Positions 1 through 8,629 of a stretch of 64,000 bases of DNA are shown here, piece by piece. Source of the stretch: an uncultured Candidatus Poseidoniales archaeon (GTDB lineage Archaea; Thermoplasmatota; Poseidoniia; Poseidoniales; Poseidoniaceae); the NCBI GenBank assembly GCA_964015875.1, contig CAXHEV010000002.1, positions 11,310 through 75,309 of the forward strand, written 5' to 3'. The position numbers and the translations under genes were made by a program. The notes beneath the pieces are model-generated. The model was not told the origin of the DNA and did not search any database. It saw nothing but the letters and a program-made list of their open reading frames with translations. Each line of letters starts with the position of its first letter. The first letter of the stretch is position 1.

Positions 1-1
1 T

Positions 2-1174
2 ACGAATCGCATCGCACATCTTCTCTTCATCTTCGAGAATGAAGTGGCTTCCGTAGGCATCGACTAGGTAGCCTCGTGGCTTATTTTCGTCGCCGAGGTC
101 TTCAAGCCGATTTGCGATGACGGCTGTCATACCAGCCTTTTCGATTTGTGCTGTGGCACGGTAGATGAGGTCCTTTTGCTTGATTCCTGATTCAAGTTTG
201 AATCCGATCCTGACTGCGTCCTTGCAAGGTTCTTTGAGGGCTATAATGTGCTTCTCGCTTTCGACTAAATTGACATCGAGTCCGCCTTGTTGACTGGCAA
301 TTTTTCCTTCAGCAGGTGAATCCACCACATAATCAAGAACAGCAGCAGCATGAATCCATGCATCGATTTTATCGTTCGACAGTGCCCTTAGTTCATCAAG
401 CATTAGTTTTGGTTCAACAGCCCGAATGACGAGAGGAAGCCATTCTGGTTGGATGGCTGTAGTGATTCCAGCCACGCATGTAACATCGTGCCCGTGCAGG
501 TAAAGGTCATTGGCCACGGCAAAACCTGTTGCGCCACTGCTGTAATTTTGAATGAAACGAACATCATCGATGGCAGAACGTGTCGCACCGAGGGTCACAA
601 CGATGGACTTACGCAGTGGCTTTTTGCTGTTCACTAAATGACAGAATGTGGCAACTGTAGTCTCATGATTGGGTGTTTTACGCTTCCCTTCCGCTTCTTC
701 ACCCCAGAGCACATTGATGCCCTCTGACCGAGCTCGATCTACCAGATCACTCGTGATTGGATCATTCGCCAAATCAATGTGCATACTTGGCACCATCATC
801 ACCGGTGTGCCTCGACTTCGTGCGACGCTAAGCGCCATCAACAAGGGCCCATTTTGTAGGCCATGTAGGTAGGAAGCCAAGGTGTCTCGTGTTGTAGGCA
901 CAACTAGAACTCCATCAGCCGTGCTGAGTGCTTCCATATCGCCATCCCAATCTGTGATGACTTCCCCTTGTGTCGCCCAACGGACTGCCAACGGCGTGAT
1001 GATGCGCTGGGCTGCAGCGGTCATGATGACTGTAATTTCAGCTCCTTGCCGCCTCAACTCTCTAGCAACTCGCACGGTATCAACAGCTGCTATGCCGCCG
1101 GAAACCCCCAAAACCACACGTCGTCCTGCAAGGGCAGAGCCTCGCACTTCAACGTCAGTATCACGTACCGCCAT
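2..1174 (-). CDS. coaBC: Bifunctional phosphopantothenoylcysteine decarboxylase/synthetase (CoaBC/Dfp), runs off the window edge
   Basis: Absent from the ORF track because it is open at the left edge. My translation from ATG 1174 gives MAVRDTDVEVRGSALAGRRVVLGVSGGIAAVD...PSMH...VTLGATRSAIDDVRFIQNYSSGATG...HAAAVLDY...RIGFKLE...VIANRL, which are typical CoaC and CoaB motifs. Confidence 0.93.
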   Translation of the reverse strand, partial: MAVRDTDVEVRGSALAGRRVVLGVSGGIAAVDTVRVARELRRQGAEITVIMTAAAQRIITPLAVRWATQGEVITDWDGDMEALSTADGVLVVPTTRDTLASYLHGLQNGPLLMALSVARSRGTPVMMVPSMHIDLANDPITSDLVDRARSEGINVLWGEEAEGKRKTPNHETTVATFCHLVNSKKPLRKSIVVTLGATRSAIDDVRFIQNYSSGATGFAVANDLYLHGHDVTCVAGITTAIQPEWLPLVIRAVEPKLMLDELRALSNDKIDAWIHAAAVLDYVVDSPAEGKIASQQGGLDVNLVESEKHIIALKEPCKDAVRIGFKLESGIKQKDLIYRATAQIEKAGMTAVIANRLEDLGDENKPRGYLVDAYGSHFILEDEEKMCDAIR

Positions 1175-1279
1175 GGTTGGTCCACTATGCACACGAACAT
1201 GATTGCTTCGGCGCAGGACGCACAACGACGAGGGTGTAAGAAAGCATACCCTCAAGGCAGGCAAGTCCGTGGTTTTGTC

Positions 1280-1888
1280 ATGGCCGGGAACCGCGGGGAC
1301 GAACTTGTAGTCGCAGGGATGCGACCACAGCAGTTCCTTGGAAGGGGCAACCCCTATGACCCAATCCACCGTGGGACAACACTCATTCTTTTCATTGACA
1401 GTTTGATTATTCTGTTCGTGATTTATGCCCTTTCAACCATCCTCGCTCCGTCGATCGTTGAAGTTTCACTTGGCTTGAGTGCAGCCCTTCTCACAATGAA
1501 CTGGCTTGCCTATCGCAGGAAATCAAAGTTAGCTTATTGGTTTGCTCCAGTCATCATTGGACTTGCCTCTCTCTTCTTCTTGTTTGAAGCGTTGAGCATG
1601 CTCTGGATGGGGAGTTATTTTTTCGCATTCCTCATGATTTGGGCATGCTTTAGCTCAGTTCGGCGGGTCATGACACACTTCCACCCTGGTTACCGCCATG
1701 CCTATCATAGCACGACCGAAATTATTCCCGATCTTCCACTTGAACCTGGCGAAATGTATGCTGCATGCCCGACATGCCTTGCTGTCCTCGCAATTCGCCC
1801 AGCTATGCTTCACTCAAGCGACAGGTGTCCACACTGTCAAAGTCAACTTGTGAGCGATAAACTCAGTGCAAAGTACGAACAAGAGTAA
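1280..1888 (+). CDS. Membrane protein (about 4 TM) with C-terminal Zn-ribbon (CPTC...CPHC)
   Basis: Hydrophobic segments followed by two CxxC motifs. Start moved to ATG 1280 because the upstream part overlaps coaBC and a promoter-like CTCAAG lies at -29. Confidence 0.75.
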   Translation: MAGNRGDELVVAGMRPQQFLGRGNPYDPIHRGTTLILFIDSLIILFVIYALSTILAPSIVEVSLGLSAALLTMNWLAYRRKSKLAYWFAPVIIGLASLFFLFEALSMLWMGSYFFAFLMIWACFSSVRRVMTHFHPGYRHAYHSTTEIIPDLPLEPGEMYAACPTCLAVLAIRPAMLHSSDRCPHCQSQLVSDKLSAKYEQE

Positions 1889-1903
1889 GCTGCGTTTGCT
1901 GAT

Positions 1904-2185
1904 TCAAAACTTCGGTTTGACGAACACAGTTGTGGCGTTCTCCAAATCGATGTCGTCATCAACGTCATCATTGGCTTCTTCTGTGTCCACCAATACTTCA
2001 TCAGATTCGGAAGCATGTTTCGGTGAGGATTTCACCTTCTTTCCTTTCTCTAAACGATTGATTTGTTTCTGCATCATTTCGAATTCGATTTCCATATCGT
2101 CCATCAAATCTCGCATTTCTTCCATGCGAGAGCTGAGTCTTTTGGTCAACTTCTTGAGTTTACGTAAGGTTCTGTCTTCAGACAT
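1904..2185 (-). CDS. Small coiled-coil protein with acidic linker and short C-terminal peptide (TTVFVKPKF); putative actin partner
   Basis: Heptad-like N-terminal half and D/E-rich C-terminal half. SD-like GGAGAG precedes ATG 2185, about 40 nt after the actin stop. Confidence 0.75.
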   Translation of the reverse strand: MSEDRTLRKLKKLTKRLSSRMEEMRDLMDDMEIEFEMMQKQINRLEKGKKVKSSPKHASESDEVLVDTEEANDDVDDDIDLENATTVFVKPKF

Positions 2186-2224
2186 AGATATCTCTCCGTT
2201 GTTGGCCAAGGCCGTAGGTTTGCA

Positions 2225-3250
2225 TCAGCGAGTTGCTAGTGTGAGGGAAGACCACATCTCTTCAGGGACTTCCATAGCCAATCGGAGGCCACCCATTGCG
2301 CCAAGACGCACTGGATCGTCAACCACGTGAACATTGACGTCGCCCATATCTGACAGGCGTCGCTCAATCATTGCTCCGAGGCCCTTGATACCCGATCCGC
2401 CACCTGCAAGCACCATGTTTCGGCGGAACTCATCGTGATACTCTGGGTTCGAGCCTGCGATGAGTTGCTTCACATTGTCAACTATGGGATCAACGATTGC
2501 TTCGCAGGCTGCCTGGAGACAGTCTGTGATGTCGAGATTCATGGCTTTACCTTCGATTGAGAAGTCAACCATGATTGGGTTTTCAGGGGTGTGTGTACCA
2601 ACAAAGGAGTACTGCTCTTTCCATCGGCGAGCCATATCCTTGGTGATTTGGGCACCATTGAACTTGGATTGAATCTCTTTGATGAGTGCACGGTCAATGA
2701 AATCTCCAGCGTGACCGGTATGCATCTGGTCATCTGGACCGGGGATTGTACCATAGACACGGCAAAGGTCAGCAGTTCCTGCACCAATGTCGATGACAAG
2801 GGTGTGTTCAATCATGTCAAGAGCGTAAGCGACCGCAAACGGTTCGGAAATGATCATTGCAGCGTTGACCGAGCCTGCTGCAGCATCAAAAATAGCTGTC
2901 TTGTCAACGTAGGATGCTTCCGCAGGTGCACCGATAACGGCGACGACACGGTCGTATTCTTCAGGGTCTGACAAACCAATGAGGTGGGTGATGAAGTGTG
3001 CAATGAATTCACGGTCTTCTTGAGTATCCTTGATGACACCAAGTTCGAGTGGTCGGAACAGGTTCAATGCAAGTCGATTCTTGAGTGCTTCTTCACCAAA
3101 GAGAACATCACGCTTGAGGAAATTTCGTGCGATTGGGTCCTTAGGTGTACCAATCACAGTCAATTCTTCTTCTTCGTGACTGTCGGAGGAAACCATCACC
3201 GAGCGAAAGGTCCCCAAGTCAATTCCAATGTACAGTACTTCTTCTGCCAT
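2225..3250 (-). CDS. Actin-like ATPase, MamK-like
   Basis: Phosphate-1 GIDLGT, SEPFAVAY, phosphate-2 DIGAGT and adenosine AGGGS motifs. Segments GxPKDxI, GTIPGPDDQ, KEQYSFVG, PEY and GLRLAxExPxxxW match MamK as I recall it. Start at ATG 3250 (MAEEV). Confidence 0.88.
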   Translation of the reverse strand: MAEEVLYIGIDLGTFRSVMVSSDSHEEEELTVIGTPKDPIARNFLKRDVLFGEEALKNRLALNLFRPLELGVIKDTQEDREFIAHFITHLIGLSDPEEYDRVVAVIGAPAEASYVDKTAIFDAAAGSVNAAMIISEPFAVAYALDMIEHTLVIDIGAGTADLCRVYGTIPGPDDQMHTGHAGDFIDRALIKEIQSKFNGAQITKDMARRWKEQYSFVGTHTPENPIMVDFSIEGKAMNLDITDCLQAACEAIVDPIVDNVKQLIAGSNPEYHDEFRRNMVLAGGGSGIKGLGAMIERRLSDMGDVNVHVVDDPVRLGAMGGLRLAMEVPEEMWSSLTLATR

Positions 3251-3273
3251 AGCCTTCCCATCGCGACCTACCT

Positions 3274-3279
3274 TATGAA
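3274..3279 (-). promoter_or_regulatory. Putative TATA-like element (TTCATA) of the MamK-like gene
   Basis: Hexamer ends 23 nt before ATG 3250, the same spacing seen at many genes in this window. Confidence 0.5.
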
Positions 3280-3396
3280 GAATACCTCGCTGTTGAGCGG
3301 TCTTGAATGGTGACTCCAAATTACTTGCATTCAAAGTGGGGTTTGATAGATTCTATAGAAAGTGGCACAAGAGGTCAGAAAATGTGACTATTTACC

Positions 3397-4413
3397 TCAG
3401 CACCATGCTTCACAAGTTTCACAATACCATGCTGCATATTCAGGATACAATTTGGCCATCTTCGAACATTGTGTGCACTCTTTGAGGGCTTGATCACCAC
3501 AGACTTCCATGACCATTTGTACGTGATACACATCATCTATTCCGAGTTGCTGTCGCATTGACCAGAGCAACTGATCTTCGCTTGGAGAAATGATTCCGTC
3601 TTCGAGGACGAGTTCGACGACGTTCCGATAATCTTCGAAATCACGGATATCTCTGGCGTCAAGAACGACACCATTCTTCTCAGCAACGATGTCCGTGCCA
3701 CCAGGATCATCAACGAAGAGGACCAATGATTCAGGTTTGAGTTTATCATCTCGTAGTTCTAAGGAGATTCGAACGCCTTCGAGGGTGGCATAGACTAAAT
3801 TTGAGTTGTTGTTGATGACATTGGTGATTGAGCGTGCAGTATCTGCTGCACTGCGGCCTCTTCGCCAACCGTTTGGATCGGCGACATTGAACTCATAGAA
3901 TTCCGTACCAATTCCAGGATACTCCAATCGAATCTCTTCTCCGCCATCAAATCCATTGGCCACAATCGTGAGTGCTGCGACCTCGGTGGAAACGATGTTA
4001 TCGTCGTCATCAAAACTAATCATGAGCGGTTTGCGGTCCTCTGTTGCCGTGTTGAAGTGACCTTTCATGCCACTCATCCATTTGTCTTCTAATCGACCAA
4101 GCGACGCTTCCTGTTCTTCCGTGAGGTTTTTCTCGACGCCTAGAACTCCAGCAAGACTCCCAGATTGAACTTCCTTCTTGAATTCCTCAATCATTTCCGC
4201 ATCTTGCCTGTATGTTGGAGGTGGCATTCGAGTGGACTCTTCGACATGGTTTGGATCGGCCCATTCATGGTTGCAGGAAACGCACATGAGGTAGCCCTTC
4301 ATGGTCGATGATTGAGCCTCACCACCACATCTTGGACAATCTCCGCCTTCGGTGTATTGGAGATTGTCGACTGCATCGCGACGACCTTTCCGTATGTTCC
4401 CAAAGCCTGCCAT
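3397..4413 (-). CDS. Hypothetical protein with N- and C-terminal Zn-ribbons and a TerB-like DGxIxxxE helical module
   Basis: CPRC/CVSC near the N-terminus; LEDGIISPSEDQLLWSMRQQLGI; CTQC...WYCETC at the C-terminus. Start at ATG 4413. Confidence 0.75.
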   Translation of the reverse strand: MAGFGNIRKGRRDAVDNLQYTEGGDCPRCGGEAQSSTMKGYLMCVSCNHEWADPNHVEESTRMPPPTYRQDAEMIEEFKKEVQSGSLAGVLGVEKNLTEEQEASLGRLEDKWMSGMKGHFNTATEDRKPLMISFDDDDNIVSTEVAALTIVANGFDGGEEIRLEYPGIGTEFYEFNVADPNGWRRGRSAADTARSITNVINNNSNLVYATLEGVRISLELRDDKLKPESLVLFVDDPGGTDIVAEKNGVVLDARDIRDFEDYRNVVELVLEDGIISPSEDQLLWSMRQQLGIDDVYHVQMVMEVCGDQALKECTQCSKMAKLYPEYAAWYCETCEAWC

Positions 4414-4474
4414 AGACGGGCGAGGTGATTGGCTTTCTATCAATACTTTGGGCGATATAAATGGTGAAACAAAA

Positions 4475-5317
4475 TTAATTTGTCACAGGGATTGCTTTCA
4501 TTCCATAGCGGACGAGGCCTTCTTGGGCGTAGATTCTGCGAACAACAAAGGTGACTTGGTCTCCAATTGAGGGTTCATATTGTTCATCGTCAGCGATCAA
4601 AAACACACCACAAGGCCCTTGCTCAAATCGAACAAAAACCGTCTGAATTCCGCCAAGAATAGGTGCTCTCAGTGCAAATTCTGATGGTGCGCCTGCAGCA
4701 CTTAGTTTGGTCCACGATTCCACCACAGCCGATGCCAAGAGTGGACTGTTGGCTTGTTGCATGCGTCTCCCCTCGCCATCCATTTGGCGTGGTGGCCAGA
4801 CGAGTGCGTGGTTATTTGATTGAGCCATAAAGCCCAGCCGTGCTTCAGCCCCTTCCATGTAAGCTGCCTCGGAGACATAGGCGCCTTGTGATACGTGTGT
4901 TGTACTGAGTTCTCTTTGCCACGCAGTTTCCATATCAGTGTAAAATGTTGAATCCATTGATTCGAGCTCAGAGGGTCCGTGGAATCCTAAATCCCGATCC
5001 AAGTCATTCGTAAAGACCAGGGTTGCTTCCTCACCAACCAGAAGATTCCATTCACATGGCTCCTCTTCCTCGCCGCACAAGACATTGACACCAGTTGCGC
5101 TCTTCACGGCAGAAGGGTTGACCAAGGGTAGGCTCCGAATATCACTGAGAATGATTCCACGGCTCGAAAGCAAGTGCAAACCAGCAATGGCCATGGTTGT
5201 GTAATCCGAATCTGCGCCAAAAACAAGAACATCATCATGGATGTAAGGTGTTTGCATCATCAGAGCGTTTTCATCAAACATACCTAGGTATCCTTGCCAC
5301 TCAATCACTTCGTTCAT
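4475..5317 (-). CDS. Thiolase-associated DUF35 OB-fold protein fused to a degenerate HMG-CoA-synthase-like N-terminus
   Basis: C-terminal WPPR...SWT...APSEF...IGDQVTFVVRRIY...VRYGMKA fits DUF35. DSDYTTMA resembles the HMGCS DEDxxTMA motif. ATGA overlap with the thiolase stop. Confidence 0.75.
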   Translation of the reverse strand: MNEVIEWQGYLGMFDENALMMQTPYIHDDVLVFGADSDYTTMAIAGLHLLSSRGIILSDIRSLPLVNPSAVKSATGVNVLCGEEEEPCEWNLLVGEEATLVFTNDLDRDLGFHGPSELESMDSTFYTDMETAWQRELSTTHVSQGAYVSEAAYMEGAEARLGFMAQSNNHALVWPPRQMDGEGRRMQQANSPLLASAVVESWTKLSAAGAPSEFALRAPILGGIQTVFVRFEQGPCGVFLIADDEQYEPSIGDQVTFVVRRIYAQEGLVRYGMKAIPVTN

Positions 5318-6486
5318 GAGCGATCCCTCCCAAATACGTGAACGGCACATGTGGCACCGGAACCACCAACGTTGTGGGTGATTCCAATTTCTGCATCTCG
5401 CACTTGTCGGGCATCTTCCACGCTTCCCCGCAATTGCTTGAACACCTCGACGGCTTGTCCGGTTCCTGTTGCACCAAGTGGGTGCCCCTTCGATTTCAGC
5501 CCCCCGCTCGGGTTGATGCAGACATCGCCTTGGTTGCGGACACCTCGTTGTTCTCGGGCAAATACCCCACCTTGACCACGCTCTGCGAAGCCAAGATCTT
5601 CCGTTGCCATGAGTTCTGCAATGGTAAAACAATCATGGACTTCCGCTAAATCAATGTCATTAGCACTTATTCCAGCTGCTTTGTAGGCTGCGTTTGAGGC
5701 TTGTTGAGTGGCTTTCACTTGCGTGATGCTTGGACGGTCGTGCAATGCTAAGTAATCAGACCCAGCTCCCGAAGAGCGAAGCCAAACTGGATCATCGGTG
5801 AATTGCCGGACCACATGATCGGCTGCAAGAATGACGGCCGACGCACCATCCGAAGTCGGACAGCAATCATACAGCGTCAATGGATCGGCAACCATGAAAC
5901 CACTTTGTGCCTTCTCAAACGAGACCTGCTTACGAATATGTGCCATTTCGTTTTCAAAACCATGCATGTGGTTCTTGACGCTGATATTGACAAGGTCATC
6001 GTGTGTTGAATCGTGCTCGTGAAAATGGCGACGCGCCATCAGCGCATAGGTGCCCGGAAAGGTCAGCCCTGCAAGACGCTCCCACTCGGTATCGCCAGAA
6101 ACGCCAAGCCAAAACCGTCGGCGCTCAGCAGAGAGATCATTCATCTTCTCGATTCCACCTGCAACTACAACATCGGCTTGCCCGCTCTTGATGGCCATCC
6201 ATGCGTCACGTAGAGCAAATCCGGATGATGCACAGGCATTTTCCACACGTCGAACTGGAATACCTTCGAGACCTGAATGTTCGGTGAGCAGTGCTGCGGT
6301 GTTGCCGAGTTGTCCTCCTCCGAAAGCAACGCTTCCGATGAAGGCTTCATCGACATGCCGTGGCTCAAAATTTTGGTCGACGCTTGCAAAGGCTTGCTCA
6401 GCGGCCTCAGCCCACATGCCCTTCAATCCTGACGGGTGGTTTCCGTACTTTGTTTGACCTGCACCAATCACGGCGACATCGACCAT
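5314..6486 (-). CDS. Archaeal acetyl-CoA acetyltransferase (SCP-x-type thiolase)
   Basis: VENACASSG, DCCPTSDGA, EVHDCFTIAE, NPSGGLKSKGHPLGATG and HNVGGSG motifs. Confidence 0.93.
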   Translation of the reverse strand: MVDVAVIGAGQTKYGNHPSGLKGMWAEAAEQAFASVDQNFEPRHVDEAFIGSVAFGGGQLGNTAALLTEHSGLEGIPVRRVENACASSGFALRDAWMAIKSGQADVVVAGGIEKMNDLSAERRRFWLGVSGDTEWERLAGLTFPGTYALMARRHFHEHDSTHDDLVNISVKNHMHGFENEMAHIRKQVSFEKAQSGFMVADPLTLYDCCPTSDGASAVILAADHVVRQFTDDPVWLRSSGAGSDYLALHDRPSITQVKATQQASNAAYKAAGISANDIDLAEVHDCFTIAELMATEDLGFAERGQGGVFAREQRGVRNQGDVCINPSGGLKSKGHPLGATGTGQAVEVFKQLRGSVEDARQVRDAEIGITHNVGGSGATCAVHVFGRDRS

Positions 6487-6592
6487 GCCTTAACCAAAAG
6501 CCGTCAGCATTTGATTTGCTCGGTTGAAATCGCATATCGACGCAGTTGGTTTTACCCTATACTCTAAGAACACGGTCTGCTCCCCGCCAAAT

Positions 6593-7300
6593 ATGCTACG
6601 TCAATGTCGCAGTAGGGCCTGCAAAATAAACAACGGATTCTTCTCGGGTCCAAACTGTCATGTGTGCAATGAAGAAGGCAAATTCATCATGAGTGATCGT
6701 GAGGCAAATTCCCTTGGTCGCATGCTTGCATTGGTGCTCCGCCACGCTCCAGAAAAGTTCAATGTTGAAATGGACATCAATGGATGGGTCAACTCTCGTG
6801 AGTTGTCGGAAAATATCGCCAAGCAACGCCGCCACTACCACTGGTTGCGTGGATGGCACTTTGCAGCCATCGCAAGTTCTGATGAAAAAGGACGCTACCA
6901 AGTTGAAGGTGACATGCTTAGAGCAACTTACGGCCACTCCATTGAACTGGAACTCGACCTTCCAACCGATGACATCCCAGAAGCACTTTACTGGCCTTGC
7001 GAACCTGAGCAGGTTGAGACAATCAAGGAACTCGGTATTACTGCAGGCGACCGCAAGCACGTCCACTTGTCAAAATCCATCAGCAACGCCATGGAAGCTG
7101 GTCACGTTCGAATTGATCGTCCTGCCATTCTCGAAATTGATACGGTCAGGGCTATTGCCGACGGCCATGTCATTTACCGAGCAGGTACAACAGTCTATCT
7201 CGTCGATGAAATGCCTGGTGAGTACCTGTACCAAATCGAAGATGATGACCCAATGGTGCTTGAAATAATTGCACAGTGGGAACTCGAAGAAGAAGAGTGA
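6593..7300 (+). CDS. kptA: RNA 2'-phosphotransferase (KptA/Tpt1)
   Basis: LRHAPEKF, GWV, KGRYQ, RATYGHS and RKHVHLS motifs. Start at ATG 6593. Confidence 0.92.
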   Translation: MLRQCRSRACKINNGFFSGPNCHVCNEEGKFIMSDREANSLGRMLALVLRHAPEKFNVEMDINGWVNSRELSENIAKQRRHYHWLRGWHFAAIASSDEKGRYQVEGDMLRATYGHSIELELDLPTDDIPEALYWPCEPEQVETIKELGITAGDRKHVHLSKSISNAMEAGHVRIDRPAILEIDTVRAIADGHVIYRAGTTVYLVDEMPGEYLYQIEDDDPMVLEIIAQWELEEEE

Positions 7301-7302
7301 AT

Positions 7303-7638
7303 TCACTTTTCTTGTCCACAAGCAGGACAGAAAGTGAGGTCCTGCTCAAGTTGTGCACCACAACTAGCACAGTGCATGCCACCGGTTTTCAGAGCCTCAA
7401 TTTTGTTGACAGGTGGTGCTGCTGGGTCGTTTGCTTTCGGTTTGACCAAGCGCAGCGGGTCGATGCCATGTTCCTGAAGTTCTCTGAATCGATTTCCAAA
7501 AATAATCGCTTCTTGGATGGCTGCTTCAATTTGCCATTGACGTTGTTGTTGCTCTTCTGCATCTGGAATCTCCGTTGACTCCTCCAGTACGGCTTGCAAG
7601 TGTCGCATGAAATCACTGAGGCTCGGGCCTTCTGCCAT
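7303..7638 (-). CDS. Small protein with C-terminal zinc-ribbon (CASCG...FCPACG)
   Basis: Helical N-terminus plus a zinc-ribbon motif. Start at ATG 7638 with TTGATG at -29. Confidence 0.75.
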   Translation of the reverse strand: MAEGPSLSDFMRHLQAVLEESTEIPDAEEQQQRQWQIEAAIQEAIIFGNRFRELQEHGIDPLRLVKPKANDPAAPPVNKIEALKTGGMHCASCGAQLEQDLTFCPACGQEK

Positions 7639-7736
7639 GCAAGTGGCTCTCAGCCAAGCCTCATCAATGCTTGGTGTATCTTTCCTTGTTGTTCTCGTTG
7701 AGGCAACCTCATGAGTCAAGGCGGATTGGAGCCACC

Positions 7737-8552
7737 ATGCGTGAACGGGTTGTCATCAAATGGGGCGGTGGCCTCATTACCGACAAGACGACCCTTTGCA
7801 CCCCCAAATTGGAGGTCATCGCAGATCTAGCTGCTGCAGTAAAGCGGTGTATTGACAACGAGGTGGATGTTATTTTGGTTCACGGTGCAGGTTCCTATGG
7901 CCACCTGCGTGCAAGGCACTGGAGGTTGAACGAAGGCAGGGTGAGCGAGGATATTTCACCAGATGACCAATGCTCAACGCAGGATGAAGCGGTCGCCTGT
8001 GTTCGAAAAGAGATGTTGGCGTTGAACGATCACGTATGTTCCGCCCTCCAGCAGATCGGAATTCCGACCGTTGTCCACCCCCCACACCGTTGGGCCAAGG
8101 GCGTTGGAGCTAATTTCCAAGGTTCTCTTTCTCGGTTTGATTCCAGAAATGGCACGGTGGCGATTACCTTCGGTGACGTTGTGCCAGTTGATGGCGAAGC
8201 AGAATTTGGAATTCTGTCCGGTGATGATCTCGTCTTCCGTTTAGCAACAGAAGTTCCCTATGTTGAGCGACTGGTGTTCGCCATCGGTGGTGTTGACGGT
8301 TTACTTCGTTGCCCTCCCGACCGAGCAACCGACGAGGATTTGATTGAAATCTGGTCCCCATCCGTTGAATTTGAAGGTGAGCACCAAAGTGAAATCGATG
8401 TGACTGGTGGAATTGGCCTCAAGGCTGCTCGGGGTGCTCAGGCAGCGGCTCAAGGTGTAGAAGTTCACATGGTCAACGGCGACATTGCCGAGCGCGTCTA
8501 TCATGCTTGCATGGGACATGAAGTTCGAGGCACACGAGTGATTGATTCGTAA
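7737..8552 (+). CDS. Isopentenyl phosphate kinase
   Basis: IKWGGGLITDK, LVHGAGSYGH, GDVV, ILSGDD and DVTGGI: amino-acid-kinase fold with the IPK-type His. Confidence 0.9.
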   Translation: MRERVVIKWGGGLITDKTTLCTPKLEVIADLAAAVKRCIDNEVDVILVHGAGSYGHLRARHWRLNEGRVSEDISPDDQCSTQDEAVACVRKEMLALNDHVCSALQQIGIPTVVHPPHRWAKGVGANFQGSLSRFDSRNGTVAITFGDVVPVDGEAEFGILSGDDLVFRLATEVPYVERLVFAIGGVDGLLRCPPDRATDEDLIEIWSPSVEFEGEHQSEIDVTGGIGLKAARGAQAAAQGVEVHMVNGDIAERVYHACMGHEVRGTRVIDS

Positions 8553-8629
8553 TCTCACTCCGCACTGCTGAACGATTTTGAGAGAACTCTTCATGTAGCG
8601 ACCGCGCATCGAAGGGGTTAGGGATTGCT

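Noticed and set aside
403..1202. Short ORFs listed in the track over 403-1202
   Set aside because: They are shadows of the minus-strand coaBC gene, which the track missed because it is open at the window edge.
2225..3250. Magnetosome island or magnetotaxis
   Set aside because: Only the actin resembles a mam gene; no mamA/B/E/M/O/P/Q or iron-transport cluster is present in the window.
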